DNA of 64,000 nt, from positions 260-64,259 of the IMG/VR virus record IMGVR_UViG_3300030104_002782. The stretch is one strand, 5' to 3'. Of the stretch, positions 30,401 to 39,275 are shown piece by piece. Made by a program: the position numbers and the translations under genes. Position 1 is the stretch's first letter. Every line of letters starts with the position of its first letter. Source of the DNA: a virus (taxonomy: Duplodnaviria; Caudoviricetes). The notes beneath the pieces were generated by a model that saw only the letters and a list, made by a program, of their open reading frames with translations, was not told where the DNA came from and made no database searches.

Positions 30401-31491
30401 ATAGTCCATTCCCATTAGGGGTTAGGCAGTATGACGATTTAGGGCCAATGGCAGATAGAAGGGCGGCTTGGTATGCACCTAGGCTACATATTGTAGACGA
30501 CCTTAATTTCACGCCAGCAACAACCCTGTCCTATACAGATACCCATGTAGATTTAAGTAACGAAACTATGGTTATAAGAGATGTCAATTGGCAACAAGAC
30601 TGTACTAAGCACGAAAAGGTTACTATGAAACTAGAGAAGGTTGAAAGTCACTACGCTTATTCTATGGCTCAAGTATTTGCGAAAGAGACATCTCCTACAG
30701 GAGGTGGGGGAGGGTGGTACGATGGTAACGGTGACGATTACAATCAACCGCCTATGGGTGGCGGATTCGGTAGTAGTGTAGGCCCAATGTCTATACTAAC
30801 CACTTCTAGCAACATCAATGACGACGGTCAGAGTCAATTCACAGGTCTGACTTCTAATCAGATGTCTAAGACCTTGATAAGGGGTCTTAAAGGCAGAGCA
30901 GACTTCGGGGGCGACAAGAACGCCTCTGGCGCAACATGGGGTGTCCTAGGTAGCAAAAACACAGGGATAACATCCTCATTCGATAGAGCGATTGATGGTC
31001 TCGACACAACATCCGGTTCATCCGGTTCTGCGATTGCTACTTCTGATGGATTTACATTAGCAGGTATATCAGACCCAGAGGTGGGTCAGCAAGGAGAGGT
31101 GCATAGTCATACTCTCAATGTGCGAGTACCTAATGATACTAGTAGCGGATATGTGTCTGTCCTTGCTAGTATTTCCCTACCATCTATCACTAGTGGAGGA
31201 AACGCAGAAATAACAACTACAGTTACTTGTAAAGAAACTTCTGCTTCTATTAGTAGCACTAAGATTATTACGCAAGGAGTTAGTAATGCTAATACTATCT
31301 TATTACCTACTCAATTCTTGAACGGGGCTGGTACTGCGAATAACACTCTGATAGTGACCTTTGAAAGAAAGCCAGCACAGGGTAACGATTCAGCAGGTTA
31401 TCAGTCTCTTGTGATACACAATGTATCGGTCAATGTAAGAAGGTATAACAAGCCAGCAGTAGCCCAAAGCAACTCATTCAAAGCCTATTAA
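24400..31491 (+). CDS. Very large tail tip/hub and receptor-binding protein
   Basis: 2363 aa, beta-rich, directly after the tape measure; hub-like segments (FWQGVV...EDSLSILDR, ITNVRVYY). Confidence 0.7.
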   Translation: MTKTVTTKYNFWLAGYYDNFASARCVADDLNDANARTLDHTKTHFGSALGGNARLNSRFRYSYPDRVRTGTYFLDAPNGTGWAYLGSNEAFSSITAVTDALTHNSSFADWLKYDMYRDNVDSNTISQSKPKHPSSILANRQRFAGAAGDSYLAFFNGHETAGKYYCPVGDMDFSWAAAPLTQGNKERTGGTYDDNAGNPVPFMQYGHTSSLYPSHVPASANTYALVSFASVYASEEPKITTATEYAETYSHIITSPSKNNFFIHNLYIPAEAGSSGTQRIMTYDGPLRIKGLGESFHLRIAVDNPIQTFSGNYIDFAYSLKIGYKSSATYNKSTNAFSDTASIATVPITLADMGLQTADIAKYKEGVPDALPLDMMWADIEVVFDFSANTWKAYANGNTSHFATGSVDTSVEELTAIGWSLDTTWARGTSTFGTLVTMIDRAAIALPLTNKFDGTIPAPVEKFSLSRGTNRISTCSVTIADDDNSYNLLALTTGVATSEWKLLCFLDNEDRPFWQGVVNSITHKQNNKNQTLSTTIKAEDSLSILDRTLPIWEHGQNSYITLSNHISMASTVDKRIEETTAISNTLLMGSATLSYKGSELGFSKYDTDKYSGGFSPITDSRTQLHSGTPIQMYINEDSDGPNDVENEWEGDDVLEIVSHHPFNSVDREFWVKFDERIYTSTPTSQTHIDTYGNFSDGDTFVVKGTAYDGTYTINQMYTQKDLTTAEDTWFVRIRTTDTSGNVATDRLFTATDVVSLNADYDGKRLIKITASSAHNLLEGDEFMFPVGLTLSGSSSNMEHFAARPLQVFHVESATVLHVLVERWPYAVGDSKTISSNTGMAYDLSKINGKDSKSYPKTSPVLYKSNTITNQIPQDVTKYRNIHARWMRDLPQSTWFKAQFGVIAAEPYWRHGIGSFLHTPFTAAQAALMTGAGGTDWNADGTTKVPTMEGDLTTSSTTLTLRDAALWWYIKHNRLKEFIIDLVDKDTGDHQYIIGNNVTTPTNYDTMSWHTSGYFYTGGGAHGFVEGQIIVHRGFTQEHLNGPMMIKEVVASNQYTTYRIEQFNANDSSFAYLKAKYRGESNWSDGNSRWYADPDNITATLVQPSSGADYAPDADSGGVYHGTVNLTGLKGVKRDWNRANTIYSLRKVDESNGYKHLWALWADMRNDGTADADGGYRKSDFNLLLPTSQKYSVNLTFANQFDEYGLPDTFCDLKVGEDLDIWSLDATEEPFTGTAWEALEGGSNEEPFDQYHNWKDKGGAVCLVDVSRFWNLNTAACGGRPGYNSGGLADFGDYETNSTGFPYLIDNYWKHAVANRKNITEDTHFVKYHKNADYFINDGTHLMRDIAVTDTVIYLDDASQFASSGYGVIQCTGGGSDRDSEKTNYYFYWSGKTTVLIDNQPYDKLTGVYITTYEVVTGPKNVIDQLKVDQAASATGSEVAIGSNEFRTTDVEGNFDTVRVYNTPAALFSFRLLMNISGKIKSLNSGTYFAHDKLRYMQTLLLTDSWATNATLPCIWDIQNVPKTSDLGGEDYGSVHDARGQTIMTLLNDMKTKEGNGSGGGLKTFSWMIGRDNRLDFRESYASGHTFNRNNLKVSDLSTTAGTQITNVRVYYNGNSAFADHPEPSGSDVRWRVLNYPNIFNREEALSLAKQEYLREKDSRVSISAEIIRPSGDTNVMTDGGRYGYVADVCRNLTRKYTQSLGWWTNTLGGSPFFGIQNALDCGSLNSEANITTSSLLYASTYSNAVGYDSDHAADHRWRLGIVSTNSAGAAPTSPPASGKIYRVSTGPDVYKWAYDGSSYGSNVTFSNTNTWYELESTVSGVTYKLSVYNINTSHASATQEVTMYYDRATRRHGNAYYWYGTNSLSPAIQVVHVDKDTNKVSATSSNELRLAIAYHAGSTAQTATFKLFALDYAFDEGIGAGPVPPLFTAATLEGSSSVVIDGNGMFELTLPSSYDSSTPKVIFSADIDYLRDVMDRRLYQTTPKNAHNMPLDSTYSSFDTDSPFPLGVRQYDDLGPMADRRAAWYAPRLHIVDDLNFTPATTLSYTDTHVDLSNETMVIRDVNWQQDCTKHEKVTMKLEKVESHYAYSMAQVFAKETSPTGGGGGWYDGNGDDYNQPPMGGGFGSSVGPMSILTTSSNINDDGQSQFTGLTSNQMSKTLIRGLKGRADFGGDKNASGATWGVLGSKNTGITSSFDRAIDGLDTTSGSSGSAIATSDGFTLAGISDPEVGQQGEVHSHTLNVRVPNDTSSGYVSVLASISLPSITSGGNAEITTTVTCKETSASISSTKIITQGVSNANTILLPTQFLNGAGTANNTLIVTFERKPAQGNDSAGYQSLVIHNVSVNVRRYNKPAVAQSNSFKAY

Positions 31492-31495
31492 TGGG

Positions 31496-31570
31496 TGAGC
31501 CGAGGAGTTGGGGTGAGAAACCATTATGCCAAAGAGGAAGCCAAAACAATGAAGGAAACTCCCCGACTCA
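31496..31570 (-). terminator. Stem-loop between convergent operons
   Basis: 14-bp helix that pairs fully, with two G-U pairs, only on the minus-strand RNA. Confidence 0.45.
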
Positions 31571-31594
31571 ACACTACATTAGTCATAAGGACTT

Positions 31595-32302
31595 TTAAGG
31601 TTTCCACTCTTTGCGAAGGCTTTTGATTCTTCTAGCAAGAACCCTACCCACTCCTTTGATTTTCATTAAGTCTTTCAGTCTGACCTTAGTCTTTAGCAAA
31701 TTAGGTATGGATTTGTATTGGTCTAGCAATCTTTCTGCTATATCTTGACTTACTCCTTGTATTCCCATAAGAGCAAGCATCCTTGGGTCGGTAGGTAGAC
31801 TCTTGATTCTAGTAGCGGGTTTTAGCGTAGAACCCATCTGCTTCTTTAGATGCGATACCGCTAACCACTCTACAAAATCATCCATACTAGGAAACTCAAT
31901 AACTCGTATTTTTGGGAAATGTGAGTATACTACCATCTTAAATGATTTAATAACTCTATTCATTTTTGCGATTTCCCTAGAAATCTCGTTTGCCTTGGCC
32001 TTTCTACCTTTGAAATAAGGTTTTAGTTGAGTCCCATAGATAGCAAGAAAAGGCATTTCGCAAGACTCACTCAATTCGTGTAATTGATGATTGATTGTTC
32101 TACCATTCCTACCTATCCCTAGAATAGTGCGATACAAGTCGTTTATCTCTTTTGCTTCAATAGCCCAATCACCAATGATATAATCACCATACTGTAGCCT
32201 CTTAACCATTACTTCGCCTTTCGGGTCTACCTTTCTATTGCCACAGGCTACATACAGTTTGTGAAGAAGTTTTTCATTCTCCCTATCATCTGCATATATC
32301 AT
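31595..32302 (-). CDS. XPF/ERCC4-family structure-specific endonuclease with HhH motifs
   Basis: DDRE, GDYII, IEAK..DL, then two HhH motifs (IQGVS, IKGVG). Confidence 0.88.
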   Translation of the reverse strand: MIYADDRENEKLLHKLYVACGNRKVDPKGEVMVKRLQYGDYIIGDWAIEAKEINDLYRTILGIGRNGRTINHQLHELSESCEMPFLAIYGTQLKPYFKGRKAKANEISREIAKMNRVIKSFKMVVYSHFPKIRVIEFPSMDDFVEWLAVSHLKKQMGSTLKPATRIKSLPTDPRMLALMGIQGVSQDIAERLLDQYKSIPNLLKTKVRLKDLMKIKGVGRVLARRIKSLRKEWKP

Positions 32303-32343
32303 ATGGTATGCTGGTACTATGTGGTATAAAACCACATCCCTTA

Positions 32344-33336
32344 TTATCTACGACAATACCAGCAACTTTCACCGCTACATAGATTATGTTTGCGATACCA
32401 CAGTGGAGAAGGGGCGTTTCGATAGCGTTGCATACCAACAACATACTTTCTAGTAGTGAATACATTGTAGTCAGTCCAACCCAGAGTTGCTATGAAATCG
32501 CAAATCTGGTTTGCTATCTCTGTCTTTTCTGATTCATCCAAGTCTTTAGGGTCGGCATACCAACGAAGTTGTCTACTCATTTCTTGTACGAGAGCGACAC
32601 GCACATGATGAGGGGGATTAGATACTCTAATCGCCCTGTCTAGACAGGTAGGTAGTGCTACCTCTCCCTCGTGATTACCTACCTTTACTGTGCTAGTTTC
32701 GCCCTTTGCTACTCTCTCTTGATACGGATTCTCTGCATTCCAAAGAACCAAGTCAAAACAAGACTCCACATCATAAGTACCCAAGAAAGGGTCTAGTAAA
32801 GAGTTTTGCGAAGTAGGTCTCTTAGGTATCTCATAACCAAGAGGATTGACTAAGAATAATCTAGGGTCAATTACTACACACCATCTGCCCCTAGTGGTAT
32901 TGTAAGTATTAGGGACACGAGTTAGTTTTTCCGGATAACCCACACCGTCTAGGCTCTGTAGACCTACCGCCATCTCCCTCTGATACCTATCTAGGTGCAA
33001 AGCCCACTGACGACCTCTAACAGGGCGTTTGAAGAATTGGTGAACATGAAAGCCTCTGCCGGTAGCAACAAGCCTAACTTCGCCTTTGAGTCTAGCAATA
33101 AGGCTAGCCACATCTTTCTTAACAGTCTCCATGTCATATTCTTCGGTAGTATCGAAGTCCCACCAAGCCCTATCCATGATTACAGTATCATAGTCTGTCA
33201 AATCCTCAAAGGAATACAGGCTAGTGTAGATATTGCTTTTGCCATTGAGAGTATCAATGTATTTACGGAAAGATGCAGAGTCTTTGCATCCCTGTCTCTT
33301 TAGCCCTATCTGTCGAGGGAATCTAAGGGTTGTCAT
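32344..33336 (-). CDS. Archaeo-eukaryotic primase with Cys-rich PriL-like C-terminus
   Basis: WDFD, TGRGFHV, RVPNTYN; C-terminal LPTC, HHVR and C...C..C; AGGTGA RBS before MTTLRFPR. Confidence 0.85.
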   Translation of the reverse strand: MTTLRFPRQIGLKRQGCKDSASFRKYIDTLNGKSNIYTSLYSFEDLTDYDTVIMDRAWWDFDTTEEYDMETVKKDVASLIARLKGEVRLVATGRGFHVHQFFKRPVRGRQWALHLDRYQREMAVGLQSLDGVGYPEKLTRVPNTYNTTRGRWCVVIDPRLFLVNPLGYEIPKRPTSQNSLLDPFLGTYDVESCFDLVLWNAENPYQERVAKGETSTVKVGNHEGEVALPTCLDRAIRVSNPPHHVRVALVQEMSRQLRWYADPKDLDESEKTEIANQICDFIATLGWTDYNVFTTRKYVVGMQRYRNAPSPLWYRKHNLCSGESCWYCRR

Positions 33337-33340
33337 GGAA

Positions 33341-33505
33341 TCACCTATACATGGTGTCCTTATCAATCTGTTTATGACCGCATATAGAACAGGTATAATA
33401 CTTTCGATTAGCAGTATCAATGTGTCCCGTTACTAGCATCACAGGCTTAGAGTCTGCTTCTTCTGTTGATATTATAGCATCGCATTCTTCACAAAACATT
33501 GTCAT
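33341..33505 (-). CDS. Zinc-ribbon microprotein
   Basis: Manual translation MTMFCEECDA...RKYYTCSICGHKQ...; overlaps the stop of the upstream gene. Confidence 0.6.
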   Translation of the reverse strand: MTMFCEECDAIISTEEADSKPVMLVTGHIDTANRKYYTCSICGHKQIDKDTMYR

Positions 33506-34443
33506 ATCATTTCACCCCATAGGTTTTCAAGTCCATTTCTTTCACTTTCGCAAGACATAGAGAAGTCACACCATTGGGGGCAGAAGTAATCATTCCACTT
33601 CATATCCCAATCGTGCGATTTGATACCATCTACTGCTTCTTTTAGAGATTTGTTGAATGATGTAATACTCCTTGAGTTTAGTTTCTCTACCACTAAGAAC
33701 CCCTTAGAGCCTTCGGCAATAGCAACTTCTTTGCGAGAATTGGTATCTAACCAACCCCTTTCCGAACAAAGAACCCTATCCTCATCCCATTCCCCCCAAT
33801 CATTTTTCCAGCCACACAATTCTGCGACAAACTTAGGGTTAAAAGCATCTGGGGATAGATAAGCAAAGTGAGTTATAGGTCTAGTCTCGCCCATAAGCCT
33901 AAGCATATGAGTATAGTAACACATCTCTTTGCGAGTCTTGCTAAACTTCATAGAGGCCATATTACCCGTCTTTAATTCATAGATGCAGAGACCGCCATCC
34001 GGATGAACGAGAATACCGTCAATAAGACCTACTAAGACTACTTCATGTTCAGCATCCCATACAACTCTCTTGACTTCATACTCTACAGGCATGAAGTTTT
34101 CAAGACCCCATCTCTCGATACGACACTCTTCTAAGAAGGTAATTACTTCATTAGCAGGGTCGTCTCTATCTTCGGGGATTAGTGGGCCTAGTGTGGACTG
34201 ACCCTCCCAATTATCATACAGAGTCTCTAGGTTCGTGTGAACATACTTTCCACGAGCCATAGCAGGGGTCTCTGGCATCCTCTTGTCTTTGAGTTGTACC
34301 CTAGACCACCAATACTTTCTAGGACATCCTCCGTAGCCTACAAATGAGGACTTAGACATCCTTAGTAGTTTATCCTCATCGTTAGGGTCGTAACTACTAT
34401 TTGCGTCTAATTCTTCAACAGACATCTCGGATGGGTCTTTCAT
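33502..34443 (-). CDS. Cas4-like PD-(D/E)XK exonuclease
   Basis: CPRKY, G..VH, GLIDG, ELKTG and C-terminal C...CDF..SC cysteines. Confidence 0.85.
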   Translation of the reverse strand: MKDPSEMSVEELDANSSYDPNDEDKLLRMSKSSFVGYGGCPRKYWWSRVQLKDKRMPETPAMARGKYVHTNLETLYDNWEGQSTLGPLIPEDRDDPANEVITFLEECRIERWGLENFMPVEYEVKRVVWDAEHEVVLVGLIDGILVHPDGGLCIYELKTGNMASMKFSKTRKEMCYYTHMLRLMGETRPITHFAYLSPDAFNPKFVAELCGWKNDWGEWDEDRVLCSERGWLDTNSRKEVAIAEGSKGFLVVEKLNSRSITSFNKSLKEAVDGIKSHDWDMKWNDYFCPQWCDFSMSCESERNGLENLWGEMI

Positions 34444-34447
34444 ACTA

Positions 34448-34795
34448 TCACTCTTCTTCTGCTAGAGGGAGAGTAGTCTGTTCTGTGTTATCCATAGGTT
34501 GTTCGCAATAAGGACATAACTCAACAGGCTCTATGCCATCAAGCATAGGAGTCCTAACTATACCTCCACAGTGATTACATTCTTGCTCATGGATAAGTCC
34601 ATCTCTTTGAAGAATCTTCAAAATAAGCGTATTATGCTTCTCCAATTCCTGTGCTATCATGTTCAGAAAACCGTCTACACGGCTTACCATTACACTAATC
34701 TTTTCATCCAATTGTCTGATTGTCGGCTTCTTATTTCCTCGACTCATATTACATCCACGCACCCATGACCTATTAAAACTATTCCTCATAACCAC
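34448..34795 (-). CDS. Coiled-coil zinc-finger protein
   Basis: CNHC and CPYC pairs; true start likely MSRGNKK. Confidence 0.6.
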   Translation of the reverse strand: MVMRNSFNRSWVRGCNMSRGNKKPTIRQLDEKISVMVSRVDGFLNMIAQELEKHNTLILKILQRDGLIHEQECNHCGGIVRTPMLDGIEPVELCPYCEQPMDNTEQTTLPLAEEE

Positions 34796-37029
34796 TCTAC
34801 TTTAGTGACCCCGTTTATAGTGTTTTGCAGAGGCATGTAGTCCCATCCCATTATTTCATAATATGGAATTATTTTATCCAATACAAACTTTCTTGCCATT
34901 TCTTTGTACCCGACCTTTGCGATACCTTCTATCTCCGATGGGTCGTCAAAAGCAATATATTTGCCTGTATCATCTAAAGTACATAGGAAATAATCATCTT
35001 TGCGATAGCCTTTACCTAGATTATCGTTGGCCCATTTAGCACCAGCGCGAGCCTCTGAAAGAACCGTATATTTATGCAAATCATTACTAAGTTTTGCTTT
35101 GATAGTTAAATCTGCAATTGCTATTCTCTCTTCGACAACATCTTCTATTAGATTCTGCAATTGAAATGTTATATCCTCTTCATCATGTCCCTGTAGCATA
35201 CCATCTATAACTAGACCCATAGCATTCTTCATAGCCTTTGGTAGACGACTCTGCTTCATCTCAATTCCTTTGACATACCTCTCTGGCTCGTGGTACTCCC
35301 CATCAGTCCAAGATACTAGACCAGCATAGCGATTTTTAGCCATTATCAAGAAACTAGACGACCATTTTTCAAACTCGGTAATTATGGGAAACATTCTTGC
35401 GTTTATTGTCTCTAAAGCAGCCTTTCCTTCTTCGGGAGTGGGTACTTCGCACATAATAGAGTCTGTATGTCCGTATCGCACAGTGAAACCTAACTCTTCG
35501 GCATGGTCTCGCAATTCCCCAAGAGTATTCCTTGAAGTATATGTGATAGCGGCAGCAATATCGGGATGGTACATTCCATACTTCGCATCACCAGCGACAC
35601 CGTACATAGATGCGACTAGGGACTTTGTAGCATATTGTAGGGAGTCGTACATCTTGCGCTCATCATCTGTTTTTGCCTCCTTCATCCATTTCTTGTACTG
35701 ATTTCTTAAATCAGTCATTTTATCCATCTGTCTACAGAGCAGTCCCTTCTTTTTGCGATTGAAAGAGATACCATTACCGCAATCCTCTCCTTCTTCATCA
35801 AGAGTAGTCCAGCATATACCGTACTTATCCACATTACTGTGATACATAGCCTTGACATCGAAGATACCTATGTTGCTATACACTCCGGCCTCCGGAATCA
35901 TAATCTCTGCACCCTCATAATCAACTTTAGCAAACTGTGGTCTGCTAGGCATTCTAAGATTAAAATCCTCATCTCTTAGAGATAGGATAGAGAACATCTT
36001 TGTGATGAAAGGAGTAGAGCGAATATCGCATTGAACGATATGTTGTAGAGCAGTATGGTAGCCTAGGACATCCACTAAATCATTGAGTCTAGGTAGTAAA
36101 TCTACATCTTGTCGAGCATAGTCTAGGTATGTACCTAAATCCGAATAGTAGGTATCGTGGCCCTCTTCTAGAGGAACCTTTTCGTCTTGCAGACAGTGTT
36201 TAGATACTGCGTCTAAAGACATAGCAGGTAACTGTCCGTTCTTCAAAGTCCACAACTTTTTGAAACCGACCATCATATCTATGACATTTCTCCCAACGAT
36301 GGGTTGTTCCCAATCTCCAAACTTCCACCTCACGCGATTCATAGGGGATAATATATTGGGATTGAGACCTACATGTCTCATGCGATTCATCAACTTTCGG
36401 CAATCAGCATTAGTTACATTCCATCCTGTAATAATGTCGGGGTCTTGCGCTTTCATTAGCAAAGCAACATCTAACAACATCTCCTTTTCGTCAGCGCAGC
36501 ATTTGAATCTCCTATCCCCCATCTCGCAAAACTCTTTGCCGTAGGGGTGGTTCTTCGCTGGTATCTTATCGTAGAAGCCAGCCTCAAAGTCTGGATGGGT
36601 AAACCAGACAAACTCCCCTTTCTGCGAATCTCTTACTACTACGATTGTTATTTCGCCAGAGTCCACTTTCCACTCCATATCGAGATACCATACTCTATGC
36701 TCATAATTGTCAAAGATAATACCGCTATCTGCTAATACTTTATTTTCCCATTTGATATTCGACTCCCAAGTCTGAACATCACCTGCTAATTTTCGCATAT
36801 CCTCTGTATTGTAGAAGTAGCATTTGATTAGGGTCTCTCCGTAGAGACCTTCGTGTCCCTCTTCTATTCTAGCGCAACGATATTCGTTCTTTAGTACGCT
36901 TCTACTCATAGTAGACTCGACATAGAGATAAGGCAATTCGTCTGTACCTAAGACCTTTCTTTTCCTATCTCCGTAACTATCACGGTATAAGACTGTGATA
37001 CTATTGCCTCTAGACCTCTCGACTATCAT
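34786..37029 (-). CDS. polB: Family B DNA polymerase
   Basis: Exonuclease motifs DME, GWN...D, YARQD; polymerase motifs DVKAMY, K...SMYG, YGHTDS, KNRY. Confidence 0.97.
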   Translation of the reverse strand: MIVERSRGNSITVLYRDSYGDRKRKVLGTDELPYLYVESTMSRSVLKNEYRCARIEEGHEGLYGETLIKCYFYNTEDMRKLAGDVQTWESNIKWENKVLADSGIIFDNYEHRVWYLDMEWKVDSGEITIVVVRDSQKGEFVWFTHPDFEAGFYDKIPAKNHPYGKEFCEMGDRRFKCCADEKEMLLDVALLMKAQDPDIITGWNVTNADCRKLMNRMRHVGLNPNILSPMNRVRWKFGDWEQPIVGRNVIDMMVGFKKLWTLKNGQLPAMSLDAVSKHCLQDEKVPLEEGHDTYYSDLGTYLDYARQDVDLLPRLNDLVDVLGYHTALQHIVQCDIRSTPFITKMFSILSLRDEDFNLRMPSRPQFAKVDYEGAEIMIPEAGVYSNIGIFDVKAMYHSNVDKYGICWTTLDEEGEDCGNGISFNRKKKGLLCRQMDKMTDLRNQYKKWMKEAKTDDERKMYDSLQYATKSLVASMYGVAGDAKYGMYHPDIAAAITYTSRNTLGELRDHAEELGFTVRYGHTDSIMCEVPTPEEGKAALETINARMFPIITEFEKWSSSFLIMAKNRYAGLVSWTDGEYHEPERYVKGIEMKQSRLPKAMKNAMGLVIDGMLQGHDEEDITFQLQNLIEDVVEERIAIADLTIKAKLSNDLHKYTVLSEARAGAKWANDNLGKGYRKDDYFLCTLDDTGKYIAFDDPSEIEGIAKVGYKEMARKFVLDKIIPYYEIMGWDYMPLQNTINGVTKVEWL

Positions 37030-37051
37030 GTCTCTGACATGACTCCCAAGT

Positions 37052-37060
37052 CCCTATAAA
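37052..37060 (-). promoter_or_regulatory. TATA-like box TTTATAGGG (also at 39267-39275 and 41717-41725)
   Basis: Same motif 22 nt upstream of the polB and clamp start codons, and upstream of the SSB gene. Confidence 0.7.
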
Positions 37061-37062
37061 CC

Positions 37063-37257
37063 CTAGTACGACCTTCTTACTAAGATAGGTATTTTATGGC
37101 TATTCAGCCAATCCAAAACCAACATAGGAGATACCGAATACTCCTTAGCAATCGCACTCATACTACTAGAGAAATACTTCTCCATCAACCATTCTTTATT
37201 GTCAAACTTTGGCATTATATTCACCTTTTTTTCTAGCGACTGCATAGATTTTACCAT
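37063..37257 (-). CDS. Small HTH protein
   Basis: WLMEKY...SMSAIAKEYSVS...WL..H.IP pattern. Confidence 0.6.
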   Translation of the reverse strand: MVKSMQSLEKKVNIMPKFDNKEWLMEKYFSSSMSAIAKEYSVSPMLVLDWLNSHKIPILVRRSY

Positions 37258-37275
37258 GTCTTGTTTGTCCTATAA

Positions 37276-38073
37276 TCATACCCACTCTAGCCTATCTGTG
37301 CTAGGGATTTCTTTAAGTCTCGCATCTATCTTAGCGCAAGATTCGGGGTATAACTCTACCATAGTAGAGTTTCTTTCTAGTAATTCGCAAGCAACGGCAG
37401 TAGTACCACTACCGGCAAATGGGTCTAGAACCCAATCCCCAACATCACTACTTGCTAAAACGCATTTAGTAGGTAAATCTAGAGGAAATGGTGCTTCGTG
37501 GCCGTTATTAGCAGGGGTCATATCCCATACTGTGAATAAGTTATTTGCGTTATAATGATAATCCGGATTCTTAGAGAGCATAAATATAGTCTCGTGTTTA
37601 GGAACGGGGCGTTTGATATACGCCTCTGGTTGAGGATAAGCCTTGCTTTTATTCCATATTATTTCGCTTCGCAAAATCCAACCATCAGCCTGTAATGCTA
37701 AAGCCAATCTCCAAGCAACACCTATCAGATTCTTTTTAGGGAGACCTAAAACATTTCTAGAACCCCATTTATTCTTCGACCCTTTGATGCCTCCTTCTTT
37801 GTAATCGGAACCTGCACCGCCAGAGCCATTGTAGGAATCCCCTACATTCAACCACAAAGTACCATCATCAGTTAGATGGTCTCGCACTTTGCGACAGACT
37901 TCTACCATAGTCTCTAGGTATTCTTCTAAAGTCTGACCTTTACCAACTTCGTCTTTATCATCACCATAAGTACGCATCCCGTAATACGGAGGAGAGGTAA
38001 CGCAAGAACGATATTTGCGATTACCCAAGTCTGCTTTCAGAAAGTCCGAGCATATTATTTCATGTTCCATCAA
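37276..38073 (-). CDS. Beta-class DNA methyltransferase (N4-cytosine or N6-adenine)
   Basis: Motif IV TSPPY precedes motif I DPFAGSGTT; HEAPFP. Confidence 0.92.
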   Translation of the reverse strand: MMEHEIICSDFLKADLGNRKYRSCVTSPPYYGMRTYGDDKDEVGKGQTLEEYLETMVEVCRKVRDHLTDDGTLWLNVGDSYNGSGGAGSDYKEGGIKGSKNKWGSRNVLGLPKKNLIGVAWRLALALQADGWILRSEIIWNKSKAYPQPEAYIKRPVPKHETIFMLSKNPDYHYNANNLFTVWDMTPANNGHEAPFPLDLPTKCVLASSDVGDWVLDPFAGSGTTAVACELLERNSTMVELYPESCAKIDARLKEIPSTDRLEWV

Positions 38074-38435
38074 GCAATCCTCCTATACTGAAATATGTTT
38101 TTTACTTTGCCTACCCTTTCTACGAGACCCCAATTTACCAAACAAATTAAAAGACTACCGACTGTTCTAGTATCTATGTCTGTTCCTTGGCCTCTTATGT
38201 ATCTATTTGCTATTGGTAGTATTGTGTCAGAAGTAAATCTCTGTCCTATCTCCATATCTTTGAGAACCGCATAAGTTACTGCTATTTTTCTATGTACTTT
38301 ACGAAGGGACATAACCGAACCCATTTGTCGCAGAACCCAATATATCTCATCTACAGGGAGTTTTATGCCCCTGCTTGCTATATTCTGTATTCTCTGCCTA
38401 GGTTGTTCTTCTACCCATTCGCTAAGTACCGGCAT
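38070..38435 (-). CDS. Putative winged-helix protein
   Basis: C-terminal FTS..I...VG..L..L...GLVERV wing pattern. Confidence 0.5.
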   Translation of the reverse strand: MPVLSEWVEEQPRQRIQNIASRGIKLPVDEIYWVLRQMGSVMSLRKVHRKIAVTYAVLKDMEIGQRFTSDTILPIANRYIRGQGTDIDTRTVGSLLICLVNWGLVERVGKVKNIFQYRRIA

Positions 38436-39244
38436 CAGACTACGCCTCTCTGAAATATCTTACAATCATCACTGTATATCACTATAGAGTAGCCCTGTCC
38501 TTCGGGATTGAAGTCTAGGACATAGAGAGTGAGTTTGCCATTAGAGAGGCAGTTTTCAAGACCGCCCTCAAACTCAAAGGAAAAAGGGTCAAACATAGGC
38601 TCGCTACTGAATAAGCAAGTAGTTGTTCTACCTAACATTTCACTACCTGTTTCCAAAGATAGTTTATCCCCATCCCATGTGAGGGTGCAGCGATTTACCT
38701 TCTGTCCGTTGATATTACCTGTATTGATTGCGTTTCGCAACTCCTCGCCACGCATTTCAAACTCGGCCATAGGCTCTCTTACCTCGCCATTAGACATCTT
38801 GTATCTACCTACTCCGTCAATAACAGACAATCTCTCTTGCGATTCTTCATTCCATAGACTAATACTTTTCTTAGTATGAGGAAATGCTAAAGCACGAGGG
38901 TCTGCGGAGATAGTAGTCTGTTTACCAGAGGAACGGAATACTAACTTGTCGTCTTTCTTTTCAAGAGTGATAAGTCCCGTATGTGCTTTTAGAACACCAA
39001 GGGCTTTCGCAATATCCGGTATAACTATACCGTCTTTCATATGAAAGTCGTCACAAGGAGTAACGAAGGATGCTACGCTAGTTTTACCATCTCTGACGAT
39101 GCTAGTAGTCACGGCCACATCAGCATTAGGAATGCACTCAATAACGCAACCTATGACTTGAGGCATAGGTTTACCATTGATATTACACATTCTCTGCGTC
39201 TTTCTTAGCAATTCTTCTAACTGTCCCTTTGGTAGTTTCAACAT
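38435..39244 (-). CDS. Putative sliding clamp (divergent PCNA-like)
   Basis: 269 aa with a repeated beta-alpha-beta pattern, in the replication block with PolB and RFC. Confidence 0.55.
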   Translation of the reverse strand: MLKLPKGQLEELLRKTQRMCNINGKPMPQVIGCVIECIPNADVAVTTSIVRDGKTSVASFVTPCDDFHMKDGIVIPDIAKALGVLKAHTGLITLEKKDDKLVFRSSGKQTTISADPRALAFPHTKKSISLWNEESQERLSVIDGVGRYKMSNGEVREPMAEFEMRGEELRNAINTGNINGQKVNRCTLTWDGDKLSLETGSEMLGRTTTCLFSSEPMFDPFSFEFEGGLENCLSNGKLTLYVLDFNPEGQGYSIVIYSDDCKIFQRGVV

Positions 39245-39275
39245 ATTTATCACTTATCCTCTATGTCCCTATAAA

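Noticed and set aside
33502-34443. CRISPR-Cas system based on the Cas4-like gene
   Set aside because: No cas1, cas2 or array; solo Cas4-like nucleases are common in archaeal virus replication modules.
34786-37029. Intein or intron in polB, terL or mcm
   Set aside because: Lengths are compact, motifs are contiguous and no splice-junction signatures were seen.
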